A stretch of 64,000 nucleotides of DNA, taken from Rhina ancylostomus (lineage: Eukaryota). The DNA lies in assembly GCA_030265395.1 (NCBI GenBank), contig JARFYF010000074.1:16769893-16833892 (forward strand), in the 5' to 3' direction. The number at the start of each line of letters is the position of its first letter. The stretch's first letter is position 1. The notes below the pieces were generated by a model that was given only the letters and a program-made list of their open reading frames with translations, did no database searches and had not been told where the DNA came from. Shown here in pieces: positions 10,439 through 22,802 of the stretch. The translations under genes were made by a program, and so were the position numbers.

Positions 10439-11470
10439 ACACTGCAGATGCCAAAAATACAAAATAAAAACAAAATGTGCTGGAAACACTCAGCAAGTTG
10501 GGCAGTAAAGGAAGAACCATTGATGTTTCAGGGCTAGGATCCTTCATCAGAGCTGGGAAAAAGAGGGAAAATAAGTTTTTTTTTGGTAGCAGGAAAGGTG
10601 GGAGAGGGGGATGGATGGTAACATTGACCTAATGTGCCAGTTAAGGAGTAGTTGACATCAGTTTAAGTTTTTTGTCTGTATAATGTATTGCTAATGGGAA
10701 TGCTTGGGACATGCCAAAAAGGCCAGTGAAAGGAGGAAAAAAAAGAAAAAATCATGAAAGGTAGAAATGGCCACTTCTAATACAGATGGAAGGAGTGAGT
10801 TATGTAAAGTTGGAGAATTCAATACTGAGTCCTGCAGACTGCATTGTGCCCAGGCAGAAGATTAGGTGTTGTTCCTGGAGCTTGCATTAAGCCTCATTGT
10901 AACAGTGCAGAGGTCACAGATGAAGAGGTGAGAGTGGGAGTGGAATGCTGAATGAAAGTGGCAGGCAAACAAAATCTCAGGGTCACGTCTGCGGCCTGAG
11001 TTCAGGTGCTCTGTAAAGCGATCACCCCGTCTGTGTTTGGTTTCTGCAGTGTGCAGGAGCCTACATTCTGAACACTGAATGCAGTTCATTGGATTGGAAC
11101 AAGTGCAAATGAATTGCTGCTTCATCTGGAAGGACTGTTTGGTTCTCTGAATGGTGGGAAGGGAAGACGTTAAAGTCCGGGTATTTCATCCCTTGAGATT
11201 TCACAGGAAAATGTCATACATGGGGAGTGGGCAGTGGGGACTGAAGGGTGAACCAGGCAGTCACAACGGGAGTGATCCCCTTAAAATGCAGAAAAGGGAC
11301 AGGGCGGGAATAACTGTCTGTTGAACCTGGTGGAAATTATAAAGGATGACCCATTGAATGCAAAGGCCAGTGGGATAGAAGATCATGACCAAGGGAACTC
11401 TGTTCTTGCTGTGTTCAGGATCAGAAAGGTTGAGAGCAGAGTTGTGGAATATAGGTGAGTTCTGGTCAAG
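10439..11470 (-). mobile_element. Decayed Penelope-like retroelement (Neptune-type): linker, GIY-YIG endonuclease and 3' UTR/pLTR
   Basis: Minus strand RVPLVMIFYPTGLCIQ; TSSLPTIQRTKQSFQMKQQFICTCSNPMNCIQCSECRLLHTAETKHRRGDRFTEHLNS..ACHF; EQHLIFCLGTMQSAGLSIEFSNFT* (stop about 10800). Matches the recalled YCIxCxxC..YIGETKRRLGDRF.EH GIY-YIG pattern. Confidence 0.9.
10517..10556 (-). ncRNA. Minimal hammerhead motif in the 3' UTR of the Penelope element
   Basis: rc ccagct-CTGATGA-AGGatcctagcCCT-GAAA-C-ATC-aatgg. Core boxes intact, stems I and III decayed. Confidence 0.55.
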
Positions 11471-12059
11471 GGTTGCAGAATGGCAAACAGATTCCAGAAA
11501 AGATCCTCATTTTGATAAACTGAACCACTCTTTAATGAGATGGTGTATCTCAATGCTGCTGATGATAATACACATACCTTTTACATTGAATTGACCTGCC
11601 CATTTGGATGTTTATAAGAATCTTTTGGCAGCTGGTATCCAATTTGTATTCAGGGAGTGGGTTTTCAGACTGATTTCTCTATAATCTGATAGACTATTGA
11701 GTAGTTTAGACATAATTTAGTACATTTTGTTTCGTCAATCCATCTTTAAAAAGAAAGTACCACACAATTTCCCAGAAGTTCAGAGAGTTTTCATAATGAG
11801 ATGCTGCACTTCAGGAAGGTCTCTGCTGCATAATCTCAGGTTACATAATTCAGTCAATAACTTGGTCAAATACTGAGGGTGTGCAATACTGTCAGAAGTC
11901 AGCAGTTTAGAAATTTGTCCTTGGTTGCTTCCACTAAGCATGCATCCATAATCATGACTCCATACTTGGTTTCCAAAATACATTTCCATTGAGGTTTCAT
12001 TTCAGAAGTTGAGTAGAACACAGCTGTTAGTGTTTACGTGCGTACAGCACAAGCAACTA

Positions 12060-12285
12060 AGGATGAATTTCCACTGTGATTGGAATGAGGTCACATCTGT
12101 TCTGTCAGATTGGTGTTAAAAGTCCATTGGTTCTCTTTTGAAGGGCATTGACTCTGGTGTCCTGGACAATATTGTTTCCTCAGCAGACATCTGCATGTGA
12201 GACATTGCAATGTCAGAGTTGTCTGCCATTTTGTTTTACATTACAACGGTGCTTACATTTCAAACATTCTTCTGGATTGGAAAAG
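12060..12285 (+). mobile_element. Deu-domain SINE fragment
   Basis: ctggtgtcctggacaatattgtttcctca...cattacaacggtgcttacatttcaaa...ttggaaa. Confidence 0.55.
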
Positions 12286-12308
12286 GGACATTTTCTTGTT
12301 TACCTTCT

Positions 12309-12597
12309 GATAAGATATCTCTTTACCGAATGTGCATCGAAACACATAGTGAAATGCATCTTTTACATAGTGTTCTGGGGGCAGACCATAAGTGTCGCCA
12401 CGCTTCCGGCACCAACAGAGCATGCCCACAACTTCCTAACCCATCCGTCTTTGGAATGTGGGAGGAAACCAGAACACTTGGAGGAAACCTATGCAGACAC
12501 AGGGAGAATGTACAAGCTCCTTGCAGACAGTGGTGGGAATTGAACCCAAGTCACAGGTGCTGTAACAGCATTATGCTAACTGCCACACTACCATGCC
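12309..12597 (-). mobile_element. V-SINE with Rex1-like (TCTTA)n tail
   Basis: tRNA-like head (rc ggcatggtagtgtggcagttagcataatgc..gggttcaattccc), V domain tttggaatgtgggaggaaaccagaacac, tail catcgaaacacatagtgaaatgcat. Confidence 0.85.
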
Positions 12598-12759
12598 TGC
12601 CTGTGCCTGATCAAGGCTATGGCAGAGATATTGGACAAGATTTCCATTTTTAATAATAATCTATGAGGATATTTAATTGTGATAAATAATTATGCTCTCA
12701 AATCTACATCAGACAAGCTGTGGAGCTATTATGTAATGAGTAGAAGAAGATTATTATCC

Positions 12760-13060
12760 CAAATTTTGGCACTGAGGAGGATTTTTTGACACAACAAGTG
12801 GTTAGAATCTGGAATGTGCTGCCACAACCAGCAGTGGAGGTAGTTTCAATTGTCGTGTTCAAAAAGGAGCAAGATATAATGCACCAAAGGGCCTCTTTCT
12901 GTGCGGTATAACTGTAGGATTTTATGATAATTATTTGAAAGGAAGACTTTTTATGAGGAGAGAGTGAGGGCATGGGAAGAGCTGGATTATCCTAACGTCG
13001 AGTCGGTATGAATTTGACAGGCTGAATGGCCTCTTTCCTTGCTGTAACAAATCTATGATC
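12760..13060 (+). mobile_element. Old CR1 3' fragment
   Basis: ttttttgacacaacaagtggttagaatctggaatgtgctgcc...ggctgaatggcctctttccttgctgtaac. Confidence 0.7.
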
Positions 13061-13164
13061 AACATGTTTGAACCCTAGTCTCATGCAGTAAATTCCACAT
13101 GGTAATTCTTTACCGAATCCTGCAGTGAAACGGTATGTAGCCTGACTTTAAACCTGTTTTGTAA

Positions 13165-13770
13165 GTTATAGAGTTATAAAGTTGTACAATGCAAAAGTTG
13201 GGCCAGTGACCCACAGCATCCATTTTTCCCCATCTATGCTAATCGCAGTTGCCTGCATTATGACTGTATCTTTTCATACCTTGCCTATTTAACTGTCCGT
13301 CTAAATACATCTGATGCAGCGTGTTCCACATATCAACCACTCTCTGTGTAAAAGCAAAACTTGCCCCTCAGATCACTTTTAAAACTCCTTCCTCTCATCA
13401 TAAACCTATTCCCTCCTGTTTTTGATGCCCCCACCGTGACAAAAATGATCTTGACTATCTATCCTATCTTATACTTCTGTCAGGTCCAGGGATAACAAGC
13501 CCAGCCTCTCCAATCTCTCCCCATAACCAAAGCCNNNNNNNNNNNNNNNNNNNNNNNNNNNNNNNNNNNNNNNNNNNNNNNNNNNNNNNNNNNNNNNNNN
13601 NNNNNNNNNNNNNNNNNNNNNNNNNNNNNNNNNNCCCCTCAAACCAGGCAACATTCTGGTGAATCTCCTGTGCACTTTCTTCAGCACAATCACATCCTTC
13701 CAATTGTGTGGTGACCAGAAGTACACACAATACTCCAAATGTGGTTGAACCAGTGTTTTGTAAAATTATG
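13165..13770 (-). mobile_element. CR1 LINE 3' fragment (contains a gap)
   Basis: ORF 13469-13738 EYCVYFWSPHNWKDVIVLKKVHRRFTRMLPGL...YGERLERLGL. Confidence 0.9.
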
Positions 13771-13799
13771 ACAGAATTTAATGTATAGAGTGATAAATT

Positions 13800-14545
13800 C
13801 CTTGATTATATTGACAGCAAAGGAGTCTGAGCAAAGGAGGCAGCAAATGTGTCATGTGAAGATACTGGAATACACTTCTCAGGTGGGTGCAACAATAAAG
13901 GGACCTAAGAGTATGCATAAATCTTTGTACGTGGTAGACACATCAACGGTAGGTTACCAAAATTTATGTGAGTCTGGTCCTGATACATGAAGCAGAAAAG
14001 TGTAAAACAGAAGAAACAATGCTAAACCTGCACTGTTTTAGTCACCTGGAGTATTATTTGCAATTCTAAGCACTACAGTTTCAGAGGGAAATGAAGAATG
14101 GAGAAAAAGTACAAGAGGTGGTTCCAGACAAGAGGGATTAGAACTATGTGGACAGACTGGAGAATCTGGGGTTCCTCTTGAAGTGGAAAAGCTAAGCAGA
14201 GATTTAAGAAGAGTTTAGGGTTCATGAGTATAAATGACGCACAACTTTTTGCAGTGACTTAAGCATCAATAACTAAGAAGCACAGATTTAATTATGATTG
14301 GCAGGAGAATTAAAGGCAACATGAGAGAAAATGTAATGAGTAGATAGGATTTGGAATGTACTGTTTACAGCAATATGGAAACAAATTCAACAAGCTTTCA
14401 GAAGGTAATTGGTTAAATATTTGAAGGAGCGATAAAACTATTGGATCATGGTAGAAGAACAGCAAAGTGGAATCAATGGTATTGCTCTTCAAAAGAGCTA
14501 AGACAATCTCCATGGGTAGAAGATGCTGTACTCTTCTATGATGAG
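13800..14545 (+). mobile_element. Highly decayed CR1 3' half
   Basis: cacctggagtattatttgcaattctaagcactaca; actatgtggacagactggagaatctgggg; actaagaagcacagatttaa. Confidence 0.7.
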
Positions 14546-14948
14546 GATTAATGTATTGGTCGGATTTGAGCCAATAAGCCACATATCTTGTTATTTTATC
14601 CTACCAAATACCAGAGAGTATGATGATGTTAAACACAAATTCTTGCCTCTGGGAACAGTTTTAATATTGGTCATCACATCTAGAGCAAATTCTGGTGAAG
14701 TATTTTCTGCATGAGTGTGAAGCAATGACAGAATTAGGGGGTGGGGTGGGTGTTGTCAGGGATAGCTATTAGCTCCAAATATATCTGATAATGATTTTTA
14801 TCTAACAGATATTGAGCTTTGCCTGGTTCCTAAAATTCTATTTGGATAAAATCATGTTTGCTATTCAGGAATATTGTGTTTAAGATTGAGTAAATGGAAA
14901 ATTTACAGTGCTTCAATCTAGATGGTTTCTTTTTACTTATACCCTTAC

Positions 14949-15026
14949 TTGCGAGTATCCCTTCAGGAAGGCTCATTATTAATCTCTCCGGGTATGTGTC
15001 TTTTTGGGGGGAGGTGTTCCTCAGCT
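14949..15026 (-). CDS. Weak candidate 78-nt phase-1 internal exon (xLRNTSPQKDTYPERLIMSLPEGILAx)
   Basis: Minus-strand acceptor tttcccactgttgtgcag, open frame, donor CAA|GTAAGG. Phase is compatible with the 5378-5416 candidate. Confidence 0.2.
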
Positions 15027-16064
15027 CTGCACAACAGTGGGAAATATTTTCAGAGCAGCGGGAGATGTCTAAAAGTAGGTATTAAGGGGTTCAGTGATCT
15101 GATTGAACATGTTTTATTTGCAGTAGGTTCTTTCAAATTTGTTTATAGTTTATTTTTAAATTGTCCCTTATCAATGAAAGTGGGCAGACTGCTGAGATAA
15201 TCTGGGACAGAAGTTCATTGAAATGCAATTTTACATGAATCATTTCTTTCAACTGAAGTTGTGCAGTCACCAGTCACCTCTAGGATTTCCAAAGACAGAA
15301 TTTCTCTGCCTAATTACACAACTGAGCCTGAATAATATCTGTGGATGCCAGAGGTAAAATATGTTTTAAAAATGTGAAAAATTTTAATTCTGTAAATCCT
15401 ATTGTGCATAATATCTGGATTCTATTCAATATTCTTGAGACAAACTGGATGTGAACTAAATTTGTCTTTGCTCCATTCTGAGTCCAGTCCATATCCTTGG
15501 CTGTTGCTGAAGAAGTGTCCGGTGCAGATAGATACCTCATGATCAGGAAAGAGTATTATTGCCTGTGAAACTGCTGATGTTAACAGAGTTGTTCTCCCGA
15601 GATAAGAAGTGCACCAGCTCACTAACATTGGTGGAGATGCCAACTTGGATTTTCCTCCCAGAGGAAAGTAAATTGACCGAATTTCAAGTGCACACAGGTA
15701 GTAATTAATATCAGGATGCTGATATGGGAAATCACAATAAATACTATGATCATGCCTAACCTCCTGAATATTTTCAGCATTTTCTGCTTTTGTTTTAAAT
15801 TTCCAGGATCTTCAGTTGGTTGCTGTTCAAGAAATATCACCTAGCTATTCGGTTCATCCAATAGAATGGAAACTCTTGCAATGTTTTATTCAATTTCCAT
15901 TGAAGTGTTGAACTGAGAAACCATATGCAAATGAAAACTGTATCCACTTTTTCCCACTGCCCATTTCCAGAGTCCTTTCATGTGGGTGTATTGAAGTCAT
16001 GCATTGTTTTAAACCTGGACTGGACTTGGATCAGAATACAACTTCAATGTGATTTATTATGCCA

Positions 16065-16512
16065 CTGACTGGATTAGAGAGCATGTGTTATAAGGAGAGA
16101 TTGGACAAACTTGAGTTGTTACATCTGGAGTGACAGAGGCAGAGGGGAGACCTGATAGAAGTGAATAGACGGCCAGTATCTTTTTCCAGGGTCAAAATGG
16201 CTAATACTGGAGGACAAGCATTTAAGGTGACAGTGGGCAAATTCCAAGGAAATGTGTGGGTAAGATTTTTTCTGCAGAGAGTGGTGAATGCCTGTAATAC
16301 ATTGCCAGGGGCAGTAGTGGAGGCAAATACAATCGAGGCATTTAAGAAATTCTTAGATCGGCACANNNNNNNNNNNNNNNNNNNNTGATATGTACCTTGT
16401 GTAGGCAGAAGGGATTAGTTTAGTTCGGCACTTAATTACTAGTTTAATTAGTTCAGCACAACATGGTGGGCCGAAGGGCCTGTTCCTGTGCTGCACTGTT
16501 CTATGTTCCATG
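16065..16512 (+). mobile_element. CR1 LINE 3' fragment
   Basis: YKERLDKL; FFLQRVVNACNTLPGAVVEANTIEAFKKFLDRH; tail gggccgaagggcctgttcctgtgctgcactgttctatgttc. Confidence 0.95.
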
Positions 16513-16884
16513 TAAAAGTGTTGCCAAAGATAATTAAGCAGAGATTCCCCTGCCAAAAGAAGCTATTCAAAACTAATTTATTTCATTTTTAAATGGTTGC
16601 TGATAGTGAGACTTCATGTTAAATTTCAAATAATTAGCACCCTAAGCTTCTAATGTTCATCTATTTCATTTTTTTTTCACATTTACTATATTGGTTCAAT
16701 CACACTTGGAGAGCTTTGGATGATGATTTACAAAGTTAGTCCCAGAACTAAGAGGCTACAATTATCATAAAAGGATTGAATAGTTCCTGGTGAAGGCAAA
16801 AAAAATTAGTAAGTTCTTTGTGTGATATAATAGAGGCCTTTGAAGTAATGAATGAGAAGAGAGAGAATAATGGGTTGAGAGAGA

Positions 16885-18600
16885 AAAGATATTTTTTCTT
16901 AATTGTTCACTTGTCACGATATTGCCATCACTGGCAAGTCCAGCATTTATTGGCAATCCCAAACTGCTCTTATGAAGATGTTGGTGAGCCAACTTTTTGA
17001 ACTGCTCCAGCTCTTCTGATGAAAATATTCAAACGATGTTGAGTCGAGAATAGATACAGCCCACAATGAAGAAACTGTGATGTATTTCCAAATCCAGATG
17101 GGAAGTTGGAAGGGAACCTGCAGCTGGTAATTACCCCATGTGCTTGCTACTTGGTAATAAAGGTCGCGGAAGTACTGTCTGAATAACCCAAATGAGGAAC
17201 CGCTGTGCATTTTGTAGATGATACCCATTGCTGCCATGATGAGCTCCTGGTGGAGGGAATGAATTTTAGGATGAAGGATGGTGTGTCAGTCAAGTCTGTT
17301 GCTTTGTCCTTGATGGTGTCAAGCTTCTTGAGTGTTGGTGGAACTGCAGTTATCCAGGCAAGTGGAGTGTATGTCTTATGCCTTGTGTATGGTGGAAAAG
17401 ATTTGGGGTGTCAATAGGCGAATTACTATTACAGGATATCCACCCTCTGACTTACTGTTGTCGCAACAGTATTATGTAGCTACTCCATTTAAACTTCTGG
17501 CCAAAGACAACCTGCAGAATGTTGATGGTGAAAGATGCCACTCACTGCCAAAGGAAGGTGGACAGATTCTCTCTTGTTGGAGATGGTCATTGCTTGGCAC
17601 TTTCAGGATGCACATGTTGCCTGACACTTACTAGCACCTGCCAGAATGTTCAGATCTTGTTGTGGGCAGACATGGGTTATTTCATTTTCTGAGGAGTCAG
17701 TGGATTTGAAATTTGGTGAACATCCCCACTGCTGATTGGTCATTGTTGGAGCAGCTCAAGATGGTTGAGTAGAGGACACTGTACTGAGGAACTCCAGCAA
17801 TGATATGCTAGGTCTGGGATGACTGACTTCCAACAAGCTCAACCACCTTTGTTTGTACAAGGTGTGACTCCAACCATTGGAGTGTTTTCCCCTTGATGCC
17901 CAGTGTGTTTAGTTTTACCTGGATTCCACATTTTGTCAAATGCTGCCATAATGTCACAGGCAGCCAATCCTTCTCACCTCTGGAATTCAACTCTTTGGGT
18001 ATATTATTAGCCCAAGCCTGTGAAGAGTTCCAGAGCCAAATAGTGCTCACGAAGCAGAGCAGATAGTTGGAGAGTAGGTGCCGCTTGATAGTACTGTTAA
18101 TGATAAATTTCATCACTTTGATGTGAGAGTAGACTGGGTAGTAACTGGCCAGATTCAACTTGTCCTGCTTTTCTGGAGAAAAACATATCTGGACAATTTT
18201 CCACACTGTTAGGTGAATGCCAGTGTTGTAATTTTACTGGGATAGCTTGTCTGAAAATGCAGGTAATTCTAGGACACAAGTTTCAGTATCACAATCAGGA
18301 TCCTGTCTCTTCCCATATCCTTTGCTGCATCCAATGATCTCAATAGTTTCTTGAGATGAAATGGAGTGAATAGAATTGGCTAAAGACTGGCTTTGGTGGC
18401 AGTGGAGATCTCAGGAGGAAATCGACAGAACATCAAATTTGTATTTTTGGCTGAATATAGTTGTGAATGCTACAACCTTGTCTTTAGTTATTTATGTCCT
18501 GCTATTGTTGAGGATGGGGATATTCTTTGAGCCTCCTTCACCCATTTCACTGTTTTACTATTTACCGCATTCACAGCTTGGTGTGACAGGACTATAGAGC
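16885..18600 (-). mobile_element. Long decayed old LINE (L2/Crack-like) with RT remnants
   Basis: ORF 17808-18206 WKIVQICFSPEKQDKLNLASYYPV..GIKGKTLQWLESHLVQTK resembles WKIAQVCPVHKKQDKSNPANYRPIS; rc GVPQYSVL near 17780; 3' tail near 16890-17010. Confidence 0.75.
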
Positions 18601-18614
18601 TCCAAGGTGATTTG

Positions 18615-19370
18615 TGAACACAAGAAATAAGAGGAGGATTGGACAACCTGGCCCCTCATATTTCCTCTTCCATTCAACAAGGTTATGGGTGGTCTTCCAC
18701 CTGAGTGCTATTTTCAAGCACTATTCCCTTTATTTCCTTAATATCCAGAAATCAATTGATCTCTCTTTTCAATGAATACTACAGCAGTCTCCACAACCCT
18801 CTGGGGTAGGGAATTACAAAGGCTCACCATCCTCCAAGTGAATTTTATTTTCCCCATCTCAATTCTAAAAGGCCTACTACCCCTCATTCTCAAACTGTTC
18901 TCCCAATCCAGGAATCCTCGGAAGGGGAAACAGCTTCCCTGCATCCAACCTTATAAGCCCGTAAAGATATTTGTAAAGTTCTGATAAGATCTCCTCTCAA
19001 TTTTACCTCACACGGAAAATCCATCATCCTTGGAACCAATCCAGTGAATTTTTGCTGCACCTCTTCTTTGTCATATATTGGTATTGTATTGGTTTATTAT
19101 TGTCACTTGTACTGAGGTACAGTGAAAAACTTATCTTGCATACTGATCGTACAGTTCAATCATCACACAGTGAAGTTGCATTGAGTTAGTACAGAGTGCA
19201 TTGAGGTAGAATAATACATTCTTTCATGAATAAGGAGACCAGATCCAAACATAGTGCTCCAGGTGTGGTCTCACCAAGGCCCAATATGACTTTATTCCTT
19301 CTGTAATCAAATCCTCTTGTAATAAAGGCTGACACAGAATTTGCCCCCCTAATCACCTGCACATGAACCT
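18615..19370 (-). mobile_element. CR1 3' fragment interrupted by a Rex1 tail
   Basis: ORF 18738-18944 SLRMRGSRPFRIEMGKIKFTWRMVSLCNSLPQRVVE; gtgctccaggtgtggtctcacc (rc VRPHLEH). Confidence 0.85.
19076..19210 (-). mobile_element. Rex1/Babar-type 3' UTR fragment with (CCAATA)n tail
   Basis: tattggtattgtattggtttattattgtcacttgtactgaggtacagtgaaaaactt is near-identical to 36732-36860. Confidence 0.7.
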
Positions 19371-20799
19371 TGATTGTGGCTTCACTGTTGTTGCTGTTTT
19401 ACATGCATGTACACACCAAGGCTATGTAATGGGGTCTGAACTAAAGTCATCCTGGTGAAACCCAAATGGACATTAATGAGCAAATTATTGGAGAATAAGT
19501 ACCACTTGATAGCACCATCAAAAACAGCTTCCAGGACCTTGGTGATTGCAAGGTGATTGGACAGTAATTAGCCAGATCAGATTTTTTTGTGGCAAAGTTT
19601 AAACCACGTATAAAATAGTCATTATTGAAAGCTGTGATGAATTCAGTGAGGGAATGGTTAAAGAGGAACCTGCTGAGACAAATATAGAAGATCCATTTTC
19701 AGGGAAGCTAGATTAGTGCATGAGTAACAAAGAAGTAGAAGGACATGTTGGTAAAATGGAACCAGTAGGATGAGAAGACACACATCGAGCTCAAAATCTA
19801 CAGACCATTTGATCCAAATGGTTCATTTCTCTGCTGTAAATCCAATGGATTGCTTGATGTAATTGTTCAGTTGAAGGACAGAATTACAACTTTCTTGATT
19901 CTATTGGCTTCTGATTCCTTTCTCCTTAAATCTTACCTTCTATCTCAGATACTCTCAATCTCAGTCTGTGAAGCTATTCACAGTGATCCTCCTTATCTAC
20001 CATACTGGCCCAGCAGTAATTGCTCAGTGCAGTCATCATATAGAAAGCCACACTGTTATGGTCTGATAACCCTGTTTGGCAATTTGCAGTGTGAATATGA
20101 GAATAAACTTATAGACAAATGTAGCTCAGAAATTCTTCCATTCATAAGAGGAAATAAGTCAGAAGATAACTGATGGAGGATTCCAGTGCACAAAAACTTA
20201 GGCCTCATTAATAGGACTGGAAAAGACAGATGAGTCAGCAGTCCAATGATTTTATTGGGCTGACTGTGTCAGGATTTAATATATTGATTGCTATTTAGGT
20301 AAGTTTCTGCCCTTTGAGAATCTATGCTGCTGCTTTCAGGGTACTGCTAAATTTCTTGCATTGTCTGTGCTTCCTGCATAGTGTCGATGATGAATTCTGC
20401 ATGTTTTATTTAACTAGTTTTAAAAAGGGAGGCAAGGATGCCTACATGGTGGAACACACCATCCCATGTCAATAAATCATCATAAGCATTGTAAGTGGGG
20501 TCTTGTGCTTCCTCCAACTGATTGCATCAAGGTGAAAATTCCATCAAGGTGATTACTCACTGGATTTGAAATACGTCCTATTAGCATGATTTCTACCAAA
20601 TGGAGAGAAATACAAAGTAATTTGATTAAAACATGTTGTTCACCTTTATGCTTCTTGTGACTTTCATCTCATCATATGAAATGAAAATTGGTAAAAGTAT
20701 CTGAGTCTGCAGTGACATCACTTATTCGTCATTCTTAGCATGTAACATAAATATATAATGGTGAATAAGTAAAGAAGCAAGTGAGTATATCTGACAGCC

Positions 20800-21110
20800 T
20801 TAGCTCTTGTTTCACTTAATCAGAGGGATGTGGATTCAAGTTCCATTTTAGAGATTTGAGTGCCAAGTCTATGATAAGCCACCAGTACAGTGCTCAGGGA
20901 GCCCTGCTCAATCAGAGATGTCTTTTTGCAGATGACATGTTAAATTGTTCCTGTCTGCCTTGGTGAATGATACTGTGGCACTATGTTGCAGTAGGGTAGG
21001 CAAGTTCACTCAAGTTATCTGACCAATGTTTACCATTCAACGGACATGACTACAGCAGATAAACTTGTCATTATCCTATTGCTATTGTGGAATTGAAGGT
21101 AGAAATTGCA
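20800..21110 (+). mobile_element. Deu-domain tRNA SINE (SacSINE1/AmnSINE-like)
   Basis: Head tcagagggatgtggattcaagttccattttagagatttgag; core agtacagtgctcagggagccctgc..gatgacatgttaaa..cagataaacttgtcattatcctattgctattgtgg. Confidence 0.7.
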
Positions 21111-21754
21111 CATGGAAAAGTACAACATTGATACTGGCACTTGGGCTTTTGTTTTGAAGGAACAGTTAATTAAACGATATCTTCCTGTTAATGACAGCCA
21201 TTTACCAAACAACAGGTCAAAGATCCTATTTAAAGCAGACTCCCCACTGCCAATCTATATTTCAATATGTCAAAGTGGTGTCATGATTGTGCCCTAGATC
21301 ATTGACTCAAATTGCTGGAATGGTTGAGAATGATATAAACTGAATTTTTGTCCACACCATCTGGCTTTCACTCCATTTGCCCTCAAATTTCCTGAAACGT
21401 GGAATGAAAATGACAATGCACATTTCGGGCATCAAAAACTTTAGGTCAAATGGCTCATCTCCTGAACCAAAGACATTCAATGATTGAGAAACAATGGGAA
21501 TGGAAATTGCCTGATTGGATACAGAAGATGAAATTTTAAAAAAAGGAAAAGAAAGAGAAAGCAGTAACTGAGAAAGAGAGAAAGAAAGGACAAAGACATT
21601 CAAGAAACAAAAATGTGAACAAGCAAAAGAAGAGGACTGTTTGTCACTGGGAACCATCTGTATTTTGGAATTGGTTAGTAAGAAGTTAATATTGAGTGGC
21701 AGTATTTGAATGCATAAGGTTTCTTCCTCATATACTGTAATCTTTACATTGGTT

Positions 21755-21865
21755 GAAGAGTCACTCACCTGAAACATTAACTCTGTTTCTCTCTCCGTGG
21801 ATGCTGCGTGATCTGCTGAGTGCTTCTGTTTTTGTTTTGGATTTCTAGTATCTGCAGTTTTTTTA
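21755..21865 (+). mobile_element. Penelope-like 3' end fragment
   Basis: cacctgaaacattaactctgtttctctctccgtggatgctgcgtgatctgctgagt..atctgcagtttttt. Confidence 0.7.
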
Positions 21866-22329
21866 CTTCAAAAAAATGGAAAACAAAGGTTGGATAGGGT
21901 TCAAAATATGCCTGAAGATCAAAATCAAGGATGTGGAGTATATTTTGGCAAAAATAGTATTTATCGCTCCTTATAAAGGAGAGAGCCAATAACAGGACAT
22001 GAGTGACAAAGCCCACATCAAGGAACAATTGGAACAAGTTTTGAAATAGTGGTACTAAAGCTGAAAACATAAAGCATTCATAGCAATGGATGATTTAATG
22101 GCAGAAATAGAGATAGATGGGCTTGATGCACTGCCCATTACTGAAATGCACTTCCACTGTGTTGAAGGTAAATATTTCATGGCACTTAACTTTTTAAAAA
22201 GAGGAAAAATGGTAAAGTTGCTGGGGTGGCTTTGATAAAGGATGAGATTAACACAGCATTGAGAAATGTTCATAGCCCATTTAATATCAACATGTAACTA
22301 ACAACAAAGGGTAAAAGTATAGAGGTAAC

Positions 22330-22802
22330 ATAACAGACATCAAAACGAACATGAAAGAAAACCTCTTGTGAAGAACTAGCAATCATCATGGTGAGGACTT
22401 GGCCTTTTTGATATTGGCTACTGTCGAATGTCTGTTCAAAGTGATCCCTGGCACACAGCACCAGGGATGCCATCAAGGTGGCTGTGCAGCCAATTATATT
22501 GAAGACTTCTGAGAGCAAAATGGAATAGAAATGGGACAATTTTTGGAGCATGAAGTAAAGATTTTACAATGTTTAACAATTAAGGTAGAAGCTGAAAATA
22601 ACAACAGCAAACTTCTTAAAAATATATACTTTTGAGCCATTATATTTTGAGACATTTTAAGGCATTCAGATTCCAGATATATGCAGGCATGTTTTGCATC
22701 GAAGTGCTGGAGGTGGACAGCAAGATCACAGGTGTTTTCAGTCATCAAGCACATGACAGCAATGGCAGGTATTCTTGGGAATAATGCACAAGGTGCAGGA
22801 TC
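22330..22802 (+). pseudogene. Possible Harbinger transposase N-terminal fossil
   Basis: Fragments QSDPWHTAPG, DAIKVAV and VFLGIMHKVQ occur in the order expected for DLQP..VAVKVTVAL..FPKVQG. Very degenerate. Confidence 0.25.

Noticed and set aside
19937-20070. Strong minus-strand donor AAG|GTAAGA
   Set aside because: Stops in all frames from the plausible upstream acceptor; the nearer acceptor is weak and gives 29 nt.
21307-21777. 156-aa minus-strand ORF
   Set aside because: Low-complexity F/S/L-rich frame from a purine-rich tract; starts within a Penelope fragment.
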